A stretch of DNA of 19,402 nucleotides from Myxococcota bacterium (GTDB lineage Bacteria; Myxococcota_A; UBA796; SXON01): NCBI GenBank assembly GCA_040386535.1, contig JAZKFH010000031.1, positions 1 through 19,402 of the forward strand, written 5' to 3'. Each line of letters begins with the position of its first letter. The stretch's first letter is position 1. The notes beneath the pieces were generated by a model, which did no database searches, had not been told where the DNA came from, and was given only the letters and a program-made list of their open reading frames with translations. Below are positions 15,831 through 19,402 of this stretch, piece by piece. A program made the translations under genes and the position numbers.

Positions 15831-16976
15831 ATGTCCATCCTGCTCCTCTCGCTGCTCGCCTGCTCCCCCGACGCGCCCGTGCGCCGCTTCGACGTGACCG
15901 CCACCTACGGCAGCTTCGACCTCGTGGCGATGGACGGTACGGCCGGCGGCTCCCTGCACGGCTACCATGTGGACGGGCAGTTCGGCCTCCCCACGTTGGC
16001 GGTCGAGTTGGGTGACACGATCGAGATCACCCTCCACAACGACACGTTCGAGTCCATGGGCCTGCACCCGCACGGGGTGCACTACGACAAGGACAACGAG
16101 GGCGTGGATCGGGTCGCCGCGCCGGGCGAGAGTGTCACGTACACGTGGCAGGCGACAGAGGGTGTCGGCACGTTCATGTACCACTCGCACCAGATGGACG
16201 CGAGCATGTACGAATACCAGGCGGAGGCCGGGATCCTCGGCGCGCTGGTGGTGCTCGATCCACGCGAGCGGACGCCCGACAACATGGTCACGTACCTGCT
16301 CATGGCGGCGTACGAGCCGTGGACCGAGGTGGCATCGGGCAACTCCTCCGAGCCGGTGGCGGAGCAGGAGCCGTCCGGCACCCAATCCGACGCGGCGCGC
16401 GCGGTCACGGGTGTAACCCCCACGTCTGGCGGGGGCTGGGCGGGCGGAGCCCCCGACGCGGCGCTGGGCCCCGTCGGTGAGGACGCGGCCGCGTGCACCC
16501 AGGGCGCGGGCATCGTGGTGGTCGCCGACGAGGAGGACGCGGAGCTCGATCGCCCCGAAACGGCCGGGCTCGGGGCCGGCACCCACAGCGGCACCGACAC
16601 GTCCGACACCGCCTCCCACCACGGCGGCACGACCGGCACGCTCGGCACCCACAACCACACGATGGTGGTGCAGAGCGTGAGCGGCGCCGGGTGGTTGCAC
16701 ACCGACACGCGCGAGTCCGCCATCTCCCAAGCCCCGTTGGGTGAGAGCCTCCGTGTCAACGTGATCTCGTTCGGAACCGACTTCCACACGTTCCATCTGC
16801 ACGGCTACACGTGGAAGGACCCCGGAACCGGCTTGACGACCGACTCCGTGACCGTCGGCCCCGGCACCGCCTACGGGTTCGAGTTGGACGAGCTGGACAA
16901 TCCGGGCTCGTGGAACGTGCACTGCCACGTCGAGAGCCACAACCACTCCATGAGCGGCTGGCTCGAGGTCGAGTAG
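15831..16976 (+). CDS. Two-domain multicopper oxidase (small-laccase-like) lipoprotein
   Basis: All four MCO motifs: GLHPHG, MYHSH, FHTFHLHG, HCHVESHNHSM. Lipobox SLLAC. An in-frame alternative ATG lies at 15816. Confidence 0.88.
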   Translation: MSILLLSLLACSPDAPVRRFDVTATYGSFDLVAMDGTAGGSLHGYHVDGQFGLPTLAVELGDTIEITLHNDTFESMGLHPHGVHYDKDNEGVDRVAAPGESVTYTWQATEGVGTFMYHSHQMDASMYEYQAEAGILGALVVLDPRERTPDNMVTYLLMAAYEPWTEVASGNSSEPVAEQEPSGTQSDAARAVTGVTPTSGGGWAGGAPDAALGPVGEDAAACTQGAGIVVVADEEDAELDRPETAGLGAGTHSGTDTSDTASHHGGTTGTLGTHNHTMVVQSVSGAGWLHTDTRESAISQAPLGESLRVNVISFGTDFHTFHLHGYTWKDPGTGLTTDSVTVGPGTAYGFELDELDNPGSWNVHCHVESHNHSMSGWLEVE

Positions 16977-17003
16977 CGGGGCCTGAGCGGAGGGGCTGCG
17001 CGC

Positions 17004-17558
17004 CTACTTCTTCTTGCCGAAGATCTGCTTTCCGCCGATCGAGAGCCCCTCGTCGCCCACCTCGACCCCCTTCTCGCCGCCGATGCGCACGCCGGTGGTC
17101 TCCTCGTCCTTGCCCACCATCACGCCCTTCTCGCCGCCGATCCGCACCCCGGCGACCTCCTCCTGATCGCCGACCAGCACGCCCTTCTCGCCGCCGACCG
17201 CGACGCCGCGTGTGTCCCCATCCCGGCCGACATGCACGCCCTCGTCGTCCCCGACGTGGATGCCCTTCTGGACGGGCTCGGTGGTGGTGGCGGTGGTGGC
17301 GGTGGCACTGCGGGCCGGGGCCGCCCCGCTGGAGGCTGGTGCGCTGGACGCGGGCGCACTGGCAGCCGGCGCCGCCGCGGTCCCTTCTTCGGCCGCGCTG
17401 GGCTCGACCACGCCGAGCTCTCCGGCCAAAGCGCCCGGCGGCGGCGGGGGTGGCGGCGGGAGCGCGGCGGGCGCGGTGAGGGCGTGGGCGGCGGCACGGA
17501 GGCGGTCGCAGCCCGAGAGCGCGAGGGGCACGAGGAGCAGCAGGACGACGGGACGCAC
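17004..17558 (-). CDS. Pro/Ala/Thr-rich lipoprotein with C-terminal Gly/Val 19-aa repeats
   Basis: GGAGG before GTG 17558, signal MRPVVLLLLVPLALSGC, poly-Pro tract, repeats GVxIGGEKGVxVG. The upstream part of the 710-aa track ORF is antisense to real genes. Confidence 0.8.
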   Translation of the reverse strand: MRPVVLLLLVPLALSGCDRLRAAAHALTAPAALPPPPPPPPGALAGELGVVEPSAAEEGTAAAPAASAPASSAPASSGAAPARSATATTATTTEPVQKGIHVGDDEGVHVGRDGDTRGVAVGGEKGVLVGDQEEVAGVRIGGEKGVMVGKDEETTGVRIGGEKGVEVGDEGLSIGGKQIFGKKK

Positions 17559-17603
17559 GGGGCCTCCGGTGGCGCGATCGACGTAGCACGGTAGAGGACG
17601 ACG

Positions 17604-18161
17604 ATGGAAGACGCAAAAGGGGCCCTCCGCACCCGCCTCCGCGCCCGACGCGCGGCGCACGACGGAGACGGCGCGGCGATCGCCGCCCACCTCGACGCCC
17701 TCCCCGCGTGGCGGTCCGCCCGCACGGTCGCCGGGTTTTCCGCCGTGCGGGGCGAGCTCGCCGTCACCGCGGCCCTCGGCACCGCGCTCGCCCGCGGCGT
17801 GACCATCGTGTTGCCGCGCGCGCGCGACGGGCACCTCACCTTCCACATCTGGGCCGGCGAGCCGCTCGTGCCCGGCGCCTTCGGCATCCCCGAGCCCGAT
17901 CCGGGCCTCCCCACGCTCGACCCCGCCGCCATCGACGTGCTGCTCGTCCCCGGCGTGGCCTTCACGCCCGGCGGCGCGCGGCTCGGCCAGGGCGGCGGGT
18001 ACTACGATCGCGTGCTGGCCGGCCCCCACGGGCTCACCATCGGCGTGGCCTGGTCGTTCCAGGTGATCGAGGCGGTGCCGGTCGATCCGTGGGATCAGCC
18101 GGTCGCCGCGCTGGTGACGGAGGAGGGCTGGGTGCTGGGCGGGCCGCCGCCCACGACGTAG
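17604..18161 (+). CDS. ygfA: 5-formyltetrahydrofolate cyclo-ligase
   Basis: Signature IDVLLVPGVAF...RLGQGGGYYDR, N-terminal K..LR, FGIPEP, C-terminal P.DPWD.PV..LVTE. Confidence 0.95.
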   Translation: MEDAKGALRTRLRARRAAHDGDGAAIAAHLDALPAWRSARTVAGFSAVRGELAVTAALGTALARGVTIVLPRARDGHLTFHIWAGEPLVPGAFGIPEPDPGLPTLDPAAIDVLLVPGVAFTPGGARLGQGGGYYDRVLAGPHGLTIGVAWSFQVIEAVPVDPWDQPVAALVTEEGWVLGGPPPTT

Positions 18162-18182
18162 GCTCCAGAGGAGGGCCCGAAA

Positions 18183-19196
18183 ATGGACGACGACCGCCCC
18201 TCCCGCCTCCTCTGGCCCACCAGCCGCCCCCTCGCCCGCCTCGTCGCGCTGGTCCGGGGCTTCCGCAACGCGGGCCGCGCCGCGCTCCGGCTCCTCACCC
18301 GGCGCCGCCAGGTGCCCCCGGGGCCCTACACGGTGCTGATCACCGGCGCGAGCGTGGGGATCGGCCTCGAGCTGGCGAAGCTGCTGCTCCCGACGCACCA
18401 CCGCCTCGTGCTCACCGCCCGCGCGACCTCGCTCGACCGCTTCGCCGCCGAGGGCCTCGTCGCGAGCGACCGCGTGCTCCTCCTCCCCCTCGACGTGACG
18501 GTGCCCGAGGAGCGCGAGGCCGCGATGCGCGCGGTGGAGGCGCGCTGGGGCGGCGTGGACGTGCTCGTGAACAACGCCGGCGTGAGCTACCGCGCCGTGG
18601 CCGAGCACACCCCCGACGCGGACATGGACTTCCAACTCCACGCCAACTACCTCGGTCCCATGGCGATGGTCCGCCGCGTGCTTCCGCGCATGCGTGCGCG
18701 CCGCTTCGGCCGCATCATCAACGTGTCCTCCGTCGGCGGCATGACCGCGATGCCGACGATGAGCGCCTACAGCGCGTCCAAGTTCGCCTTGGAGGGCGCG
18801 TCCGAGTCGCTCTGGTACGAGGTGCGGCCGTGGGGCATCTCCGTGTCCCTGGTGCGGCCCGGCTTCATCAACTCGGACGGCTTCCGCAAGGTGCGTTTCA
18901 CCCCCCAGGGCGTCGCGTCGCTGGCCGACCCGAAGGACGCCTACCACCACCACTACCTCAACATGGGCGAGCTCGTGGGCGCGCTCATGCAGCTCACCTT
19001 CCACTCCCCCACCGACGTCGCCGAGACCATCGCCGGCCTCATCGAGCAGCGCAGCCCGCCCTTGCGCGTGCCGGGCACCTGGGACGCCTGGTTGTTCGAC
19101 CTGTTGCGCCGGTTCCTGCCCTCGCGGATGTACCACCGGCTGCTGTACGCGACGTTGCCACGGATCTGGGAGTGGGGGGGTGGGCCGCCGGGGTGA
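18183..19196 (+). CDS. Short-chain dehydrogenase/reductase (classical SDR)
   Basis: TGASVGIG, VLVNNAG, IINVSS and YSASK motifs. GAGGAGG upstream of ATG. Confidence 0.95.
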   Translation: MDDDRPSRLLWPTSRPLARLVALVRGFRNAGRAALRLLTRRRQVPPGPYTVLITGASVGIGLELAKLLLPTHHRLVLTARATSLDRFAAEGLVASDRVLLLPLDVTVPEEREAAMRAVEARWGGVDVLVNNAGVSYRAVAEHTPDADMDFQLHANYLGPMAMVRRVLPRMRARRFGRIINVSSVGGMTAMPTMSAYSASKFALEGASESLWYEVRPWGISVSLVRPGFINSDGFRKVRFTPQGVASLADPKDAYHHHYLNMGELVGALMQLTFHSPTDVAETIAGLIEQRSPPLRVPGTWDAWLFDLLRRFLPSRMYHRLLYATLPRIWEWGGGPPG

Positions 19197-19207
19197 GGGA
19201 TGGGCCC

Positions 19208-19252
19208 TGGGAGATCGGGGCTTGGGAGATCGGGGCTTGGCGGAACGGGGCT
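19208..19252. repeat. 15-bp G-rich tandem repeat (2 exact copies plus 1 degenerate)
   Basis: tgggagatcggggct twice, then tggcggaacggggct, between convergent genes. Confidence 0.8.
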
Positions 19253-19311
19253 TGGGCGACCGACGCGGGGCGCGGTGCCCGGCCCCCGAGCGGGCCGCCG
19301 CGCCCGGTGAG

Positions 19312-19402
19312 CTACACCGCCCGGCGTCGACGAACAGCGAGGAGGGTCACCAGCGCCGCCGACCAGGCGAGGCCGGTGCCGTTCGTGGAGGTGGATGCGC
19401 AG
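19312..19402 (-). CDS. 3' end of a gene with a MYXO-CTERM-like sorting signal (partial)
   Basis: Minus strand translates as ...CASTSTNGTGLAWSAALVTLLAVRRRRAV-stop: Cys, short linker, hydrophobic helix, Arg cluster. Confidence 0.75.
   Translation of the reverse strand, partial: CASTSTNGTGLAWSAALVTLLAVRRRRAV

Noticed and set aside
17559..17603. 6S RNA (ssrS), often found upstream of ygfA
   Set aside because: Only 45 bp separate the divergent genes, too short for 6S RNA.
17559..19136. Upstream 525 codons of the 710-aa minus-strand ORF
   Set aside because: Antisense to the ygfA and SDR genes. The RBS and lipoprotein signal place the real start at 17558.

Overview
High-GC bacterial DNA, most likely a Myxococcota-type lineage (inferred from a MYXO-CTERM-like tail, MopE-type 'putative metal-binding motif' repeats and FG-GAP lipoproteins). 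It holds about 15 complete genes plus one partial gene, mostly cell-envelope proteins: an S41 peptidase, a frameshifted FG-GAP/MopE lipoprotein, a MopE-repeat/lectin-like/metallophosphoesterase lipoprotein, a TPR/CsgG-like lipoprotein, an FG-GAP lipoprotein, a two-domain multicopper oxidase and a Gly/Val-repeat lipoprotein. It also carries a DUF2975 + YozG-type HTH pair with a clear sigma70 promoter and operator, an NTF2-like protein, 5-formyltetrahydrofolate cyclo-ligase and an SDR. I saw no rRNA, tRNA, CRISPR array or transposase. The most unusual signals are (1) intergenic tandem arrays with a 51-52 bp period that share a CCGYGTGGCGG motif plus a hairpin of fixed position but variable sequence, pointing towards the adjacent gene; (2) repeated ultra-short, uncharged lipoprotein signal peptides on apparently leaderless genes; (3) a lower-GC, frameshifted core inside one FG-GAP gene. 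All family assignments come from reading motifs by eye, not from database searches.
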